From IMG/VR virus record IMGVR_UViG_3300011616_000001, positions 20,730 to 84,729 of that record: 64,000 bases of DNA. One strand, written 5' to 3'. The translations under genes and the position numbers were made by a program. The notes beneath the pieces are model-generated. The model was not told the DNA's origin, made no database searches, and saw only the letters and a program-made list of their open reading frames with translations. The DNA is from a virus. Lineage: Duplodnaviria; Caudoviricetes. This document shows, in pieces, positions 18,569 through 29,146 of the stretch (within the stretch, counting starts at the first letter, position 1; each line of letters begins with the position of its first letter).

Positions 18569-19033
18569 CTATTTCTCCTTTTGGTTCTCTTTTTTCTTCT
18601 TTTCCCGTTTACGGGCGGCACGTTGTTTCTTCACAAAATCATAGTCACACCAGCCACCATCAATTTTTGAATACGTAATCCAGCTGTAATTGACATCTGG
18701 ATAATGATAACGAAACATTTTCTTTTTCAAGGTGGCAACACTATCGGGACACCCTTTAGTGTCAATCACTTCTACTGATCCATCGGAATACTGTATGACA
18801 AAATCAGCTACATAGGTTATTTCGTTAACCTTTTTATTGTTGTGTTTAAACTCCGGTTGCAGAATATACTTGCGTTGCAGTTCAAAATCAGTAATATCAC
18901 CAGATTTTAATGCAGGACACACGACATCACGGTAGTATCTCATTTCAAGTTCTGAAGCAAATACAATCCCGTCATATGTGCGTTTCCGCGGATCTTTATC
19001 AACATTAAATTTACTTCTTGCTATTTCAATCAC
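18569..19033 (-). CDS. DUF1064-family PD-(D/E)XK nuclease
   Basis: YDGIVFASELE, FELQRKYILQ, TYVADF, VIDTKG; true start may be ATA at 19024. Confidence 0.85.
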   Translation of the reverse strand: MIEIARSKFNVDKDPRKRTYDGIVFASELEMRYYRDVVCPALKSGDITDFELQRKYILQPEFKHNNKKVNEITYVADFVIQYSDGSVEVIDTKGCPDSVATLKKKMFRYHYPDVNYSWITYSKIDGGWCDYDFVKKQRAARKREKKKKENQKEK

Positions 19034-19084
19034 CTCATTTTTTGATATTAAGAGGCAGGAGAGTAGTTCAGTCTTTTACTCTCC

Positions 19085-19136
19085 AAAATAAAAAAATGCC
19101 CCTACCACATGACTGAACTTATCTGGTAGACGCATT
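19085..19136 (-). terminator. Intrinsic terminator
   Basis: Imperfect stem AUGCGUCUACCA/UGGUAGGGGCAU followed by a U-rich tract. Confidence 0.55.
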
Positions 19137-19260
19137 TTAATGTTTATAAATAATGGGGGAGCAGTAATCTTCCTGACTATACTTGTTTTCTTCATCGTTC
19201 ACGGTCACAGGTGTATTGTTCTGCTCATTACGTGCATTCTCTTGCACAACCGTAGTTTAG

Positions 19261-19485
19261 TTATCTGTTTCTGTAAAAGTCTTTTAATGTGTTAAATAGT
19301 TTATAATTCTTTTTATATTTCCATACAGTGATACCATTCTCAGTCTTCACAAATGTGTATGGTATCCCTTTATCTCTCAGAAATAACATTTCCAAGGGAT
19401 TTTCACAGCGAAATTCATTGTCAAATTTCTTCGTTTCTATTACATTCACCTCTTTATCATATTTTCGTAAAAAATAGGGACACAA
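19261..19485 (-). CDS. Small conserved phage protein
   Basis: EMLFLRDKGIPYTFVK...WKYKK; start uncertain (SD GAGGTG then ATA at 19440). Confidence 0.6.
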   Translation of the reverse strand: MCPYFLRKYDKEVNVIETKKFDNEFRCENPLEMLFLRDKGIPYTFVKTENGITVWKYKKNYKLFNTLKDFYRNR

Positions 19486-19527
19486 ACTTCTTGCTGAATA
19501 ACAAGTGAATTATGTCCCTATCCCTCG

Positions 19528-19794
19528 TTATTCATCACACACTTCTTTGTTTACCTCGGCAGCAGCCTTCCCTCTTTTTGGTTTTATCTCTGGAATATCA
19601 GCTGAAGCGGTCTTGGCAGCAACATCAAAATCTTCCTTTGAAACAACCGTATATTTATTACCAGCACGCTGTACATAAACTATATCTCCCGGCTTAGCTG
19701 CAAGTTCCCTGTTGGACAGCTGAACTTCCACACCATCAAACGAAACAACCATATTTATGGCATGACTTCGTTCTACCTTACATTCTTTGATCAT
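19528..19794 (-). CDS. Hypothetical protein
   Basis: RBS AAAGGA before ATG 19794. Confidence 0.55.
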   Translation of the reverse strand: MIKECKVERSHAINMVVSFDGVEVQLSNRELAAKPGDIVYVQRAGNKYTVVSKEDFDVAAKTASADIPEIKPKRGKAAAEVNKEVCDE

Positions 19795-19851
19795 TTCAAT
19801 TCCTTTCATTAAAACGCCCCAATTCATTATCGGATCGGGGCGTTACCGATA

Positions 19852-20577
19852 TTATTCAGTGATTTCAGCAATCTCCATAATGTTACCCTCTCTGTCTTCC
19901 AAGACATCAAAAGTAATCGTCAGCTCGGCCGGATCACCGTCAGAAGAGAAAGACCATTCCATATTTCTCTGAGGAGATGCTTTAAAGGCTGTAATTTTGA
20001 CCGGAACCAGATTACCATTCTCGTCCTTATCCAGAGTCTCCTGAGTAATGCGGAAATCTTTTGGTACTTTTTTGTTGTTGAAGCTTACTTTCTTCACGCC
20101 GGAAGTTTTATTTACCAGATATGCTACGGTATAATCAGTACCTGACGCAATTTCAGAAGCATTGGTTGCTGTAAAGGTAGTACCAGCAGCAGTGCCATCA
20201 ATTGCTTCACCACCGAATTCACCTTTTGCATAAACATATACAGTGCCAGCAATAGGCGTGTCTGGCAGAGTCAGAGAGCCCTCCGTTGAACAAGTGATAT
20301 CCTCGTTAACCGGAACTACTGCAGATGTTTCGATTTCGCCGTCGCTCAGCAGAGCATAGATGCGGAATGGGTGTACCTGAAACGTCAGAGCCATGGTAGC
20401 GTCAAGCGGATTATCGAATTTGATGGCCTTTGATCCCATCTTCATTGCATATACTGGGTCGCTTGAGAAGCCTGCGGTTGTGGTATTACAAAAATCTGCG
20501 TACATCCATGGCTGGTTTGTTGCATATTCGCGAATGTCCAATTTGCAACACTGTCTGTTCGCCATATTAAGATCCAT
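19852..20577 (-). CDS. Major tail (tube) protein
   Basis: MANRQCCKL...YADFCNTTT...VYAMK...ITFD pattern; position after neck genes; strong RBS. Confidence 0.75.
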   Translation of the reverse strand: MDLNMANRQCCKLDIREYATNQPWMYADFCNTTTAGFSSDPVYAMKMGSKAIKFDNPLDATMALTFQVHPFRIYALLSDGEIETSAVVPVNEDITCSTEGSLTLPDTPIAGTVYVYAKGEFGGEAIDGTAAGTTFTATNASEIASGTDYTVAYLVNKTSGVKKVSFNNKKVPKDFRITQETLDKDENGNLVPVKITAFKASPQRNMEWSFSSDGDPAELTITFDVLEDREGNIMEIAEITE

Positions 20578-20619
20578 ATTAATTTCCTCCTTGAAATGAC
20601 ACCCGTTAGGGGTGGATTG

Positions 20620-21375
20620 TTATTTGTTTTTCTTCATATAATCCATTGGTTTATAATCCGAAGATTTTTTGAATGAAAAAGTATTAGCTGCCATATTGTC
20701 ATAATAATCATATTGCCGGGCAGCAGCATATTCCTGAAATAATATCATGAACTGATAATAAGTCAGATCCCACACATTGAGCAGGTTGATCCCGGTCTTG
20801 TTGTGGGTACAGAATTTGCGAATCATGTTATCTAAGGTGTAATTCTCGTCAACTTCCTGTTTTTGAGTCTGAGGACTATGTTGCATCATCTCATAGAGTT
20901 TGCGAGCGTATTCGTTTTTAAATTTTGGCTCTTCGCTCTCTGATTTCTTTATCCCAAGTATTTTCCTTAACTCATCACGGAAGAATTCGAAATTTTCATT
21001 GTTGATTTCTCCAACCTTGACCTTCTTACCATCATTATCCTCATAAACTAGGAAGGAAAAAAGGCATTCATCAAATATAACAGTACCTTCAGTAAAATAG
21101 CTGAGCAGATCTAATAGGAAAGCTGGAGTGCTGAGCATTAGAAGATTATAGACCGTAAATTCAGCTTGCTGTTCTTTGTTTAGGCTTTCGTAGTGCTCAT
21201 AAGAACCACTGTTTTTTAAATAGTCGTACCATGATGTTGATAAGATATTCAGATACATTGAAAAGGTCTGATATTGAATGGTTCGTATATCTCTTAGCGT
21301 TGGACATTTGATATGGCCGATTCCAGAAAGATAGAAAGGCTCATTGCATAGGTAATCAAAGGGGGTATAAGTCAT
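20620..21375 (-). CDS. Tail assembly chaperone-like protein
   Basis: GIGHIKCPTLRDI...VWDLTYYQF; adjacent to tail tube gene. Confidence 0.55.
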   Translation of the reverse strand: MTYTPFDYLCNEPFYLSGIGHIKCPTLRDIRTIQYQTFSMYLNILSTSWYDYLKNSGSYEHYESLNKEQQAEFTVYNLLMLSTPAFLLDLLSYFTEGTVIFDECLFSFLVYEDNDGKKVKVGEINNENFEFFRDELRKILGIKKSESEEPKFKNEYARKLYEMMQHSPQTQKQEVDENYTLDNMIRKFCTHNKTGINLLNVWDLTYYQFMILFQEYAAARQYDYYDNMAANTFSFKKSSDYKPMDYMKKNK

Positions 21376-21905
21376 TAGAGTCCCCCTGCTTTAACATTGA
21401 ATTCAGGAACTGTGAGAATTAGCTCTCGTCCATAGTATTTATTGTGAGGGAAGAAGTGTCTTGCACTTCTTATTTCAAAATGTCCAATGCCCACCCGTTT
21501 GTTGCTTATGTGTTCACGCAATGTCTGTTCCACCATGTCGGTCAGTATATCTATTCTGGTGCCAAGATAACCCTTATGGGTATACTCCATAATATCTCGG
21601 TGGCACTGAACCCATATTGTCAGCTCAATATTTTTAATTGTCCGGGAACCCATGCCTGATAGTGCAGATTCAACACAAATATAGCTCTGAGCCTCGGTTT
21701 GTGTGTCATCAATATATAGATATGGCCAGATATTTTTGTAAACTAATTTCTCATCATCTATGTCCGGATCGGCAGCAACCAACCCAGAGTCTGAGACTAT
21801 TTTTCTGTCCATTAATATAGTGCAGATATCAGGATTAGCCAACAGAGCAGAGATGACATCAGACTTGATTAGTGGTAAATCTCTCAATACAGAATCCATA
21901 GCCAC
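21375..21905 (-). CDS. Tail terminator/neck protein (putative)
   Basis: Acidic ~176-aa protein in the neck position; YLGTRIDILTDMVE. Confidence 0.55.
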   Translation of the reverse strand: MAMDSVLRDLPLIKSDVISALLANPDICTILMDRKIVSDSGLVAADPDIDDEKLVYKNIWPYLYIDDTQTEAQSYICVESALSGMGSRTIKNIELTIWVQCHRDIMEYTHKGYLGTRIDILTDMVEQTLREHISNKRVGIGHFEIRSARHFFPHNKYYGRELILTVPEFNVKAGGL

Positions 21906-21908
21906 CTC

Positions 21909-22907
21909 CTAAAATACACCCAGAACTTGGACATCCATTTCACTATTGACCTCGCCATCCACGAGTAATTGCAATAAAAAAGAACTGCCAATGCAGCTCT
22001 CATCCACCACGCCAATAACTATTCTGTTATCCTGCTGGGAGAATATGTTTATTTTATCTTTAATGTCGCCGGTGATATTCCATGAAAAAGAAACATCGGA
22101 CACACCATTACCGTCTGTATCAGTAAATGCTGCATTATACGTCTTTTGGCCCCGGCCAACCCTTATCTTATTGTCGCCGGTGATAGTCGATAAAACTGCC
22201 GTTTCAAGATCCACCTGTTTAGAAGTGGGAGAGTGGTAGTCTGCGATCCATACCTGTTCACCGGAATCGAGAGTAATTAGCTTATCATCATTCAATCGTT
22301 CTGTCTGAGTGTAAATGTAGTAGGTTACACCTTTGGTTCCGAACCTCATAGACACATTGTCCGGTCGTGTTAGTTCATAAGCCGAGGGAGATGTCAACTC
22401 ATGATCCATAAACATACGCTTTCCATTCCTAAGTCTAAGTGTCTCTGAGTCAAGAGGCATATATACCATATACTGATTGGTTGCCAGCGTGATTGTATTA
22501 TTACCTTTTTCGCCATTGTTATATGCAGATGCATTCATTACATATGAGGGCCGTTCGATTAATTTATTTTCTTCATCTAGCCATCTTTGAACATAGTTGC
22601 ATTCGTACATTTTTCCATCAACATAAATTTCGTCATCAGCATCTGCCTCATAAACCAGCCAAGTACGATTAGACCATTCAACATAATCGCCAGCAACAAT
22701 ATTCTCTCCCGGAAGGGATTCAAACTCTTTGGTATGCGTTGAAGTGCTAGTATTAATTATGATATAGGTATCATTTCCATTAATTTTGACATTTTTATAT
22801 GATGGATTACAGGGCGCATTTCGAAGAATGTCATTTCGCAGCCGCTCAATATTTCGATCCCGTTGAGTGGTTCCGTGAAGATTAAGTCTTGCCTTATATC
22901 TATCCAT
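21909..22907 (-). CDS. Head closure/neck protein (putative)
   Basis: RBS GAGAGGG, ATG 22907; GDYVEWSNRTWLVY beta-strand motif; position. Confidence 0.6.
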   Translation of the reverse strand: MDRYKARLNLHGTTQRDRNIERLRNDILRNAPCNPSYKNVKINGNDTYIIINTSTSTHTKEFESLPGENIVAGDYVEWSNRTWLVYEADADDEIYVDGKMYECNYVQRWLDEENKLIERPSYVMNASAYNNGEKGNNTITLATNQYMVYMPLDSETLRLRNGKRMFMDHELTSPSAYELTRPDNVSMRFGTKGVTYYIYTQTERLNDDKLITLDSGEQVWIADYHSPTSKQVDLETAVLSTITGDNKIRVGRGQKTYNAAFTDTDGNGVSDVSFSWNITGDIKDKINIFSQQDNRIVIGVVDESCIGSSFLLQLLVDGEVNSEMDVQVLGVF

Positions 22908-23238
22908 ACGAATCCCTCTCTTTAAAGTACTTTTCATTAATATTCTGTAGTATCCGAATACACTTAAAGACTTCTTTTTTACAGATATCTGCGGTATAAT
23001 CTTCCGATATCAAATACTGAATGGTGTTTAGTATTGTAATGAATTGAGGCTCATTCACCAATAAATGTATTAGCCTTTTATTCCCGATCAACTCTCTTTG
23101 GTAGCTTTCCAAATAGGCTTTCAGTGTAATTGAATTTTCTTCTTTCATTGGCAGTATCTTGTAGGTTTTATCAATTAAGAATTTGAAGTAGTTGCAAAAA
23201 CACTCATTGGGAATAAGACCATATTCGACTTCTATCAT
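22900..23238 (-). CDS. Hypothetical virion-module protein
   Basis: Coupled stop/start with neighbours. Confidence 0.6.
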   Translation of the reverse strand: MIEVEYGLIPNECFCNYFKFLIDKTYKILPMKEENSITLKAYLESYQRELIGNKRLIHLLVNEPQFITILNTIQYLISEDYTADICKKEVFKCIRILQNINEKYFKERDSYG

Positions 23239-23675
23239 GTTTTTAACTCCTTCATATCAGCAATACGAAAAGAGAACTCATTAGTAACACTTCGCGCTTG
23301 TTTTTGAGCTTGCTCATACCGGTTACTGATTTTTTCTAACAGGTTAGCCGGAGAAAAGAAGGAGAAGTCTTTAGTAGATAATGAATTTCTGAGATTTTCA
23401 ATGTTATTTAGGTAGGGCCTCAACCAGAAGACTGACATCCACTCAATTATAATGTCAATGACTTCATCAGGAATATAGTTTTCAAAACACATTAATTCAT
23501 CATCTCTTAAAGTCAAATCTACCACTGGGGCAACTACTCGATTGCATTTGGCAATAGCTTTGGACATAAGGGCCAACAAGGTCTCTGATTGTAATTGATC
23601 AGAAAGTAGCAATAAGTCAGGATCGGTAATTGTATCTTTAAATGCCATGAATACATTATCATATTCGGTTACCAT
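23235..23675 (-). CDS. Head-tail adaptor (putative)
   Basis: Helical ~146-aa protein after the capsid genes; KDFSFFSPANLL. Confidence 0.6.
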   Translation of the reverse strand: MVTEYDNVFMAFKDTITDPDLLLLSDQLQSETLLALMSKAIAKCNRVVAPVVDLTLRDDELMCFENYIPDEVIDIIIEWMSVFWLRPYLNNIENLRNSLSTKDFSFFSPANLLEKISNRYEQAQKQARSVTNEFSFRIADMKELKT

Positions 23676-23692
23676 GTCACATACCTCCTCTG

Positions 23693-24328
23693 CTAAATGC
23701 CGAATTCAATACCCAGAACGGCTTCCAGAGCTTCAATCTTACTGTTTGAATCAATTTCTTTGGCATCAATTTTTATTTTTGCCCTCGTTGCTATCGTATT
23801 TTTCATACCAGCAGAAAGAGGAGCAATCATTTTGATTATATTTTTAGGTGATTCGTCAAAGATAGAATCGATGTTTTCAGGAGTAAATACGTGCTCATAA
23901 TATTGAGATACTTTTAAGAAGCTATAAATTTGAACTGCGGTGTAATCGCTGGTGTCTTCGCACACAATCCAATTATCCTGAAAGAATCTTCGGTCACTGT
24001 TTCTCATAGCTACTAACTCTGACAGCTCAACATACTCTGTAGAACCATACTCGTCCCACACAACTATATGACCAATTAGTTTTTTTGAAACATAGATGGC
24101 TCCTCCTTGTACATTACATGTCACAGGCACAACCGTATCTAATGGGATCTTCATCATTTTTTGTAAGTTATCAGCAGTGACCGCCTTATCGACAACCGGT
24201 TTTTCTGAAGACAACTTCTCTTTCAATGACTGACTATATTCAGCACGGATCTGCGCCTCAATTTCCGCGCGCATAAGAGCCTCTTTTTCTGCCTTTTTTA
24301 TTTCTCTCTGTTCCTTTGTGTACGCCAA
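23693..24328 (-). CDS. Conserved head-module protein
   Basis: RBS AGGAGG, TTG start; directly after capsid gene. Confidence 0.6.
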   Translation of the reverse strand: MAYTKEQREIKKAEKEALMRAEIEAQIRAEYSQSLKEKLSSEKPVVDKAVTADNLQKMMKIPLDTVVPVTCNVQGGAIYVSKKLIGHIVVWDEYGSTEYVELSELVAMRNSDRRFFQDNWIVCEDTSDYTAVQIYSFLKVSQYYEHVFTPENIDSIFDESPKNIIKMIAPLSAGMKNTIATRAKIKIDAKEIDSNSKIEALEAVLGIEFGI

Positions 24329-24394
24329 AGTGTTTCCTCCTTTTATTCATAAATAGGTCTGGAAATAGATTTTTCCAGACCTTGCTCAGTGTGA

Positions 24395-25390
24395 TTATGA
24401 AAGCTGATAAACCCCATTGGTTTCCTTCATCACAATAGCTGTTCCGTATCTCTGACCCATTAAAAATTCCTGTGACAGATCAGCATTGTTCAGCGGATCG
24501 CCTGGAATGATAAGGGTGTCACCTTCAGTTACTAACTTAACAAATTTGTCGTCTGCACAAATAACATACAGGTCATTGCCAAGTACAAATTCAGTAGAGC
24601 CGACTTTGTGAGCATTTTTCATGGCAATGATAGGATTCTCTCCGATATGGCCATAATATCCCATGGCGTAAAGGTCTTCTTTGGCAGAGTTTGCATCTGC
24701 ACCGGTAACACCAGTGATTTTTCTGACAGCCTGTTTCGAACCAAGAATAAATGCAGTCTTCCCGTCATTGGCTGCTTCAACATGATCGATTAAAGTGAGC
24801 AGTTTATTTTCCTCAAAAGAACCACTTGCTTTATAAGGGGTTGTTAAGTTGCCGAAACCGGCAACAATACCACCGTACATATCAGAGTTGATTTTTAATG
24901 CAAAGGATTTTGTGACCTTATCGATCAATTTGTTAAAATCAGTTCTGCCAGAAAGAAGGCGGTTAATCTCTTCATAAATCTTAATGCCTTTCAACTGAGC
25001 TTTAACTGGCATCTCTGTACCACCAGTGATTCGCTGTCTGCGAATTCCCTGAGTTCCCTCAGCGATATCAGCTACAATAAATAAGTTGTCATCCTCGATT
25101 TCAAAGATATTAGTATCTCCTAGTGAAAGGTTTCTAAAATCAACAAAGTCGAAGAGTGGGCAGGTATCAGGCAACCCTTCAATCACTGTTTTTGTTATAA
25201 TCTCTTCGATAACAGCAAACAATCCACCACATTTGCCGTCTCGAATTGCACGATAATCAAGTTTGGTAGAACCTCCGTTTAATTCCACGAGCGCTAATTT
25301 CAGGGTCTCCATAGAGTCTGATACAGAGTAATTACCACTTGGAGTTCCTTTATACGCATCAATCGCAATCTGAACTAAGTCTTTCTTCAT
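24395..25390 (-). CDS. Major capsid protein
   Basis: 331 aa; FVDFRNLSLGDTNIFE, GIRRQRI, IYEEINRLLSG pattern; position after scaffold and decoration genes. Confidence 0.85.
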   Translation of the reverse strand: MKKDLVQIAIDAYKGTPSGNYSVSDSMETLKLALVELNGGSTKLDYRAIRDGKCGGLFAVIEEIITKTVIEGLPDTCPLFDFVDFRNLSLGDTNIFEIEDDNLFIVADIAEGTQGIRRQRITGGTEMPVKAQLKGIKIYEEINRLLSGRTDFNKLIDKVTKSFALKINSDMYGGIVAGFGNLTTPYKASGSFEENKLLTLIDHVEAANDGKTAFILGSKQAVRKITGVTGADANSAKEDLYAMGYYGHIGENPIIAMKNAHKVGSTEFVLGNDLYVICADDKFVKLVTEGDTLIIPGDPLNNADLSQEFLMGQRYGTAIVMKETNGVYQLS

Positions 25391-25416
25391 AATTATGTAT
25401 TCCTTCCTTTCGTTAA

Positions 25417-25854
25417 TTACATTACTTCGTATACGTTATAGGTATATCGGCCAGAGACTTCTGTACCGATGAATTTAGCCACCACATTAGAATCAACAGT
25501 TTTGTCCGCCCCAGAACCTTCGTTCCCAATAGAGAAAATGTCCCCCTTCTGAAGCATGAACACACGAATCACCTGATCAGCCTTATTTTTATAGGTATCC
25601 AGGCCATGATAGCCGGTCTCTTCGTATTCCAGTTCCGGAGTACAAACGATACCAATATAAGTATCACCGGATTCTGGAGTGGTCGCTTTGTGAACTTCGC
25701 GCTCTCCATCCAGTAGAGTACCAATCGTAACTAACTCTCCGTTTTCAATTTCAGCAGCTACATCAGATTCAAAGTATTTTGCACTTTTAATTAAGGATGG
25801 CACTTTGGTAGCACCCATATTATCTGTTCTGACAAATTTACATTTCTTTAACAT
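25417..25854 (-). CDS. Capsid decoration/cement protein (putative)
   Basis: IENGELV...TPELEY...RVFMLQKGDIF; between scaffold and capsid genes. Confidence 0.65.
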   Translation of the reverse strand: MLKKCKFVRTDNMGATKVPSLIKSAKYFESDVAAEIENGELVTIGTLLDGEREVHKATTPESGDTYIGIVCTPELEYEETGYHGLDTYKNKADQVIRVFMLQKGDIFSIGNEGSGADKTVDSNVVAKFIGTEVSGRYTYNVYEVM

Positions 25855-25874
25855 TTAAAAGTCCTCTCTTTCAT

Positions 25875-27380
25875 TTACTTGTTTAAGTAACGTTTCATTA
25901 AACCGTTATACGGTTCATTAGTGGCAGCAGGGTCTTCATTCACTGGGAATTTGGAAAAGTCTGCTTTTACTGACTCAATAGTTTTTGAATCTAGTGAGTG
26001 AAGGCCAACAATATATGTACACTCCTTGCCTAATTCCTCAAGAGAATATTTGCCAACATTCTCCTTTAGGGCAGCAAACTCGGCAGTATTACCGATTTTG
26101 GATTCAAAACGGCTGAAGACTGTTTCAGCTTCTCTTTGATTCTTATAGGCAATAAGTGAATCTACATCTTCATTTGCGGTCACGTGCGTTGCTTTGTACT
26201 CTTCATGAGTCGCTTTTAATTCTTCATAGCCCAGTCGTTCCTCATCTAACTTTCGCTTTTCATCCAAAGTCAACCACATCAGAACCATCTCTTCAAAATT
26301 GCCTGTTAGGGTTGCTGTAATAGTAGATTCATCAAACGTATAGGTGTATCGACCATAAGTGCATGTGTAATCATCTTTAGTCCAGTGGTTTCTCTCGACA
26401 TATACAAATTCATCGGAAAAGTCTTTAATCCAGAAGTAGGTTTCTTCGATGTAATTACCGGATGCGTCCTTGGTAATAATTGGATCTAAGGCATTTTCAA
26501 GGGCCTGTCTTTTCTGATTGTAGGTTGCCGAAAAGGGTAAGATTTTCTTCTCTCCGAACATCCCTTCCATTTTTACCGAAAGTTCCTCTAAAGAGAGTTC
26601 TTCTATTGAAAAGTCCAGATCTTTGATGGTCTTTGCATACTTTTCAAGAATTTTTAATTTGTCATTCAATTCTGTTCCTCCTTTTATTTCTTCACTTTTC
26701 GAAAATAGGTATTTTAACTCATCTTTCATTTGCTCGATCATAACTCGGAAGTCATTATCATCAATACTGAAATCTGCTGGAATAAAGCTGGCACTTGGAA
26801 AACACGGATTAACATTGAATTTAGGATCATCTGACTTATTTAACATGCATAATGCATCAAAAGAAAAATCGATAATATTTGCATATGAATTATCTTCGGC
26901 CAGTGGCTCAGATTTACTGTACAGAATCTCCATAGAGTGATTAAATAAGTGTTCGTCATTGTAGATTGTATCGGCCAATTCGGGGTATCTGCCAATCCAA
27001 ATTACAACATCACAAACTAGATACTGTGAGACGGTACCGTCTTCTTCAACAACATCTTCATATACTGGTTTCTCAGAGGGGATAGCAACACCAAAAGGGA
27101 TACATTGGCTTTTTAATTTATAACCATTCGAAATATCAATTTTATAGTCGTGCCCACCCAGATACCAAGTACCGTTATCATCACACATCAGGTGTCCCAC
27201 TACAGGAACATATGCTAGTGATGGGTATGCTTTGTTAACATTCTCGATGTCAAAATATGATTTGTTTTGATTTTTTCCCAGTGCCAAGACATAGCATTTT
27301 GCTTTCATGAAGCTTTCGTTCAGCTTTTCAAAAGATGTTAATTTAGATTTGAAAAGTAAAGATATATTTTTTTTGTCCAA
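25875..27380 (-). CDS. Prohead protease/scaffold protein
   Basis: GKNQNKS...PVVGH...IPFG...HSMEI...FDALCML N-terminal domain plus acidic coiled-coil C-terminus. Confidence 0.75.
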   Translation of the reverse strand: MDKKNISLLFKSKLTSFEKLNESFMKAKCYVLALGKNQNKSYFDIENVNKAYPSLAYVPVVGHLMCDDNGTWYLGGHDYKIDISNGYKLKSQCIPFGVAIPSEKPVYEDVVEEDGTVSQYLVCDVVIWIGRYPELADTIYNDEHLFNHSMEILYSKSEPLAEDNSYANIIDFSFDALCMLNKSDDPKFNVNPCFPSASFIPADFSIDDNDFRVMIEQMKDELKYLFSKSEEIKGGTELNDKLKILEKYAKTIKDLDFSIEELSLEELSVKMEGMFGEKKILPFSATYNQKRQALENALDPIITKDASGNYIEETYFWIKDFSDEFVYVERNHWTKDDYTCTYGRYTYTFDESTITATLTGNFEEMVLMWLTLDEKRKLDEERLGYEELKATHEEYKATHVTANEDVDSLIAYKNQREAETVFSRFESKIGNTAEFAALKENVGKYSLEELGKECTYIVGLHSLDSKTIESVKADFSKFPVNEDPAATNEPYNGLMKRYLNK

Positions 27381-27400
27381 AATTTACCTCCTTTCTCATG

Positions 27401-27607
27401 CTAAAAATGAAGCATGTTATTATAAAAGAAGTCCTTTGTTTCATAATTTTCATGCAGATATCGCAATAGATCTTCTGAAACAAAAAAAGCATAAACCGTT
27501 TCCGAATTTATGCTTTCCAAAACATATTTAAAACCAAGCGATATGAGCTTTTCTGCTATCGTTGGGTTTAAAACTTTAATTAGTTTGTCGTTAATATTAA
27601 TCACCAC
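27401..27607 (-). CDS. Small conserved phage protein
   Basis: KLISLGFKY...VYAF; start uncertain. Confidence 0.55.
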   Translation of the reverse strand: MVININDKLIKVLNPTIAEKLISLGFKYVLESINSETVYAFFVSEDLLRYLHENYETKDFFYNNMLHF

Positions 27608-27613
27608 CTAATA

Positions 27614-29131
27614 CTATCGGTTCTCCGCGTTCCCATTGTTTTCTCTGCCAACTTCTGTTGAATCTTGAACAACTGCACCTTTTTCCTCTTGGGTGGGAGC
27701 ACCACCTGCTTCACCAGCAGTACTTTGTATATTTGAACTAACAAGAGGTGTTGTCCATTTTTTTGATGACAAATTAAGAATGTCTTCTTCTAAATATGTC
27801 ATACCAATTACCTCGCTGGGTGATAGCCCAAGAGAAGACGCATATTGCATTTTTACAGGCAACCCATATTGTGCAGCTTTAGATAATCTATTCACATGTT
27901 GATCAATATTAAAAATTGACTGGTCTGAAAATTTGATTTTAAAGCCATAGGGTAGATCCATTTTTTTTATTTTTTTATTGAATACCCGTTCAAATTGTTG
28001 TAAGAGTGAAAATGCTATTTCTTCATCCGGTTTAACAGAGAGGGTGAGTGATGAGCTACTAGTTGCTTTGGTTGATCCGAAAATAAGAGAGCTGGTACCT
28101 GAGGAAAACCAAAAACCTTCTTCAGCACTGACAACATTGTTTTTATCAGAAACCGCAGAGTTACTAAAAGAAAAATCTTGAACTTCAAATGGAGACAGGA
28201 GTAGTCCTATACCATCAGGGAGATTTTGAGCCATTTGTTCGTAATATTTTAATGCGGTTGCATATTCCATTTTAGGAACACCTTGTTCATCAACATCCAT
28301 CTTGGCGGATAGGGCCTTGTAGTTGTCATTTTCGGCCTTAGCTTTCTGTAACATCTTATAGTCTTCAATATCATATACGGATAATAACAGTCCCGTAAAT
28401 AATGGGAGAGAATATACCGGATCAGATTCGTCCGCTTTAATACAAATTCCATTGCTGGGTTCAAACCATCTGTTCTTAGCGTCTCCCTTTATCTTTTTTT
28501 CTTTGTTTCCCTTATACTTTTCCCAAGCAAGGACAAATTCCTCGCCATAAACTTCGAGTAAATAAGTCTTTCCATTAAAATAATCCAAATCAATAGAAGG
28601 TACAAAAGTTCCATCTTCTATTGAGGAGATTTTGGCATATTGACTGTCAAATGGTTTTATGTAAAAAGAGTCATTACTTTCGTAAGTTAGACCATAGTAT
28701 ACGCCATCCCGAATAGCTATTGTTATAGCTTTTGCTGCCTCCTGTCGTAAATTATATTTCTCACATTCATTAATAACAAAAAGGTATTTATTTTTGTAGT
28801 CATTTTTCTTCTTGTGTGTAAATGCTACATTTGTTGGAATCACCGTATAATTATAAAGAAGGATAGTGGAGTAGTAATCGATCAAGCGTCGATAGTGACT
28901 GGAAACAAGATATAAAAATCCGCTTAGATTCCGGATTTCTTTCTCATTTTTTTGCGGATTCTCCAGTAATGTTACTATTCTGTCTTTTGGATATTTCTTA
29001 TATATGACACTTTCATTTCGACTGTTAATAAGATCTTGAACCATATTCTTTTTTAAATTGGCAAAAGAAAGACTGGCATAACGCAATAACAACTTATCTT
29101 GTTCTTCCTTTGATAATGTTTCGACTTTCAT
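27614..29131 (-). CDS. Portal protein
   Basis: 505 aa directly after terminase; SSHYRRLIDYY, RDGVYYG, LLQQFERVFN. Confidence 0.85.
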   Translation of the reverse strand: MKVETLSKEEQDKLLLRYASLSFANLKKNMVQDLINSRNESVIYKKYPKDRIVTLLENPQKNEKEIRNLSGFLYLVSSHYRRLIDYYSTILLYNYTVIPTNVAFTHKKKNDYKNKYLFVINECEKYNLRQEAAKAITIAIRDGVYYGLTYESNDSFYIKPFDSQYAKISSIEDGTFVPSIDLDYFNGKTYLLEVYGEEFVLAWEKYKGNKEKKIKGDAKNRWFEPSNGICIKADESDPVYSLPLFTGLLLSVYDIEDYKMLQKAKAENDNYKALSAKMDVDEQGVPKMEYATALKYYEQMAQNLPDGIGLLLSPFEVQDFSFSNSAVSDKNNVVSAEEGFWFSSGTSSLIFGSTKATSSSSLTLSVKPDEEIAFSLLQQFERVFNKKIKKMDLPYGFKIKFSDQSIFNIDQHVNRLSKAAQYGLPVKMQYASSLGLSPSEVIGMTYLEEDILNLSSKKWTTPLVSSNIQSTAGEAGGAPTQEEKGAVVQDSTEVGRENNGNAENR

Positions 29132-29146
29132 ACACTGCCTCCTTTC

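Noticed and set aside
19175-19184. AAGUAUAGUC, resembling a group I S element
   Set aside because: No matching R element, P3/P4 or interrupted gene nearby.
24355-24382. Hairpin after the capsid gene as a terminator
   Set aside because: An 11-bp stem is present but the U-tract is weak on the sense strand; more likely an mRNA-stabilising hairpin and not notable.
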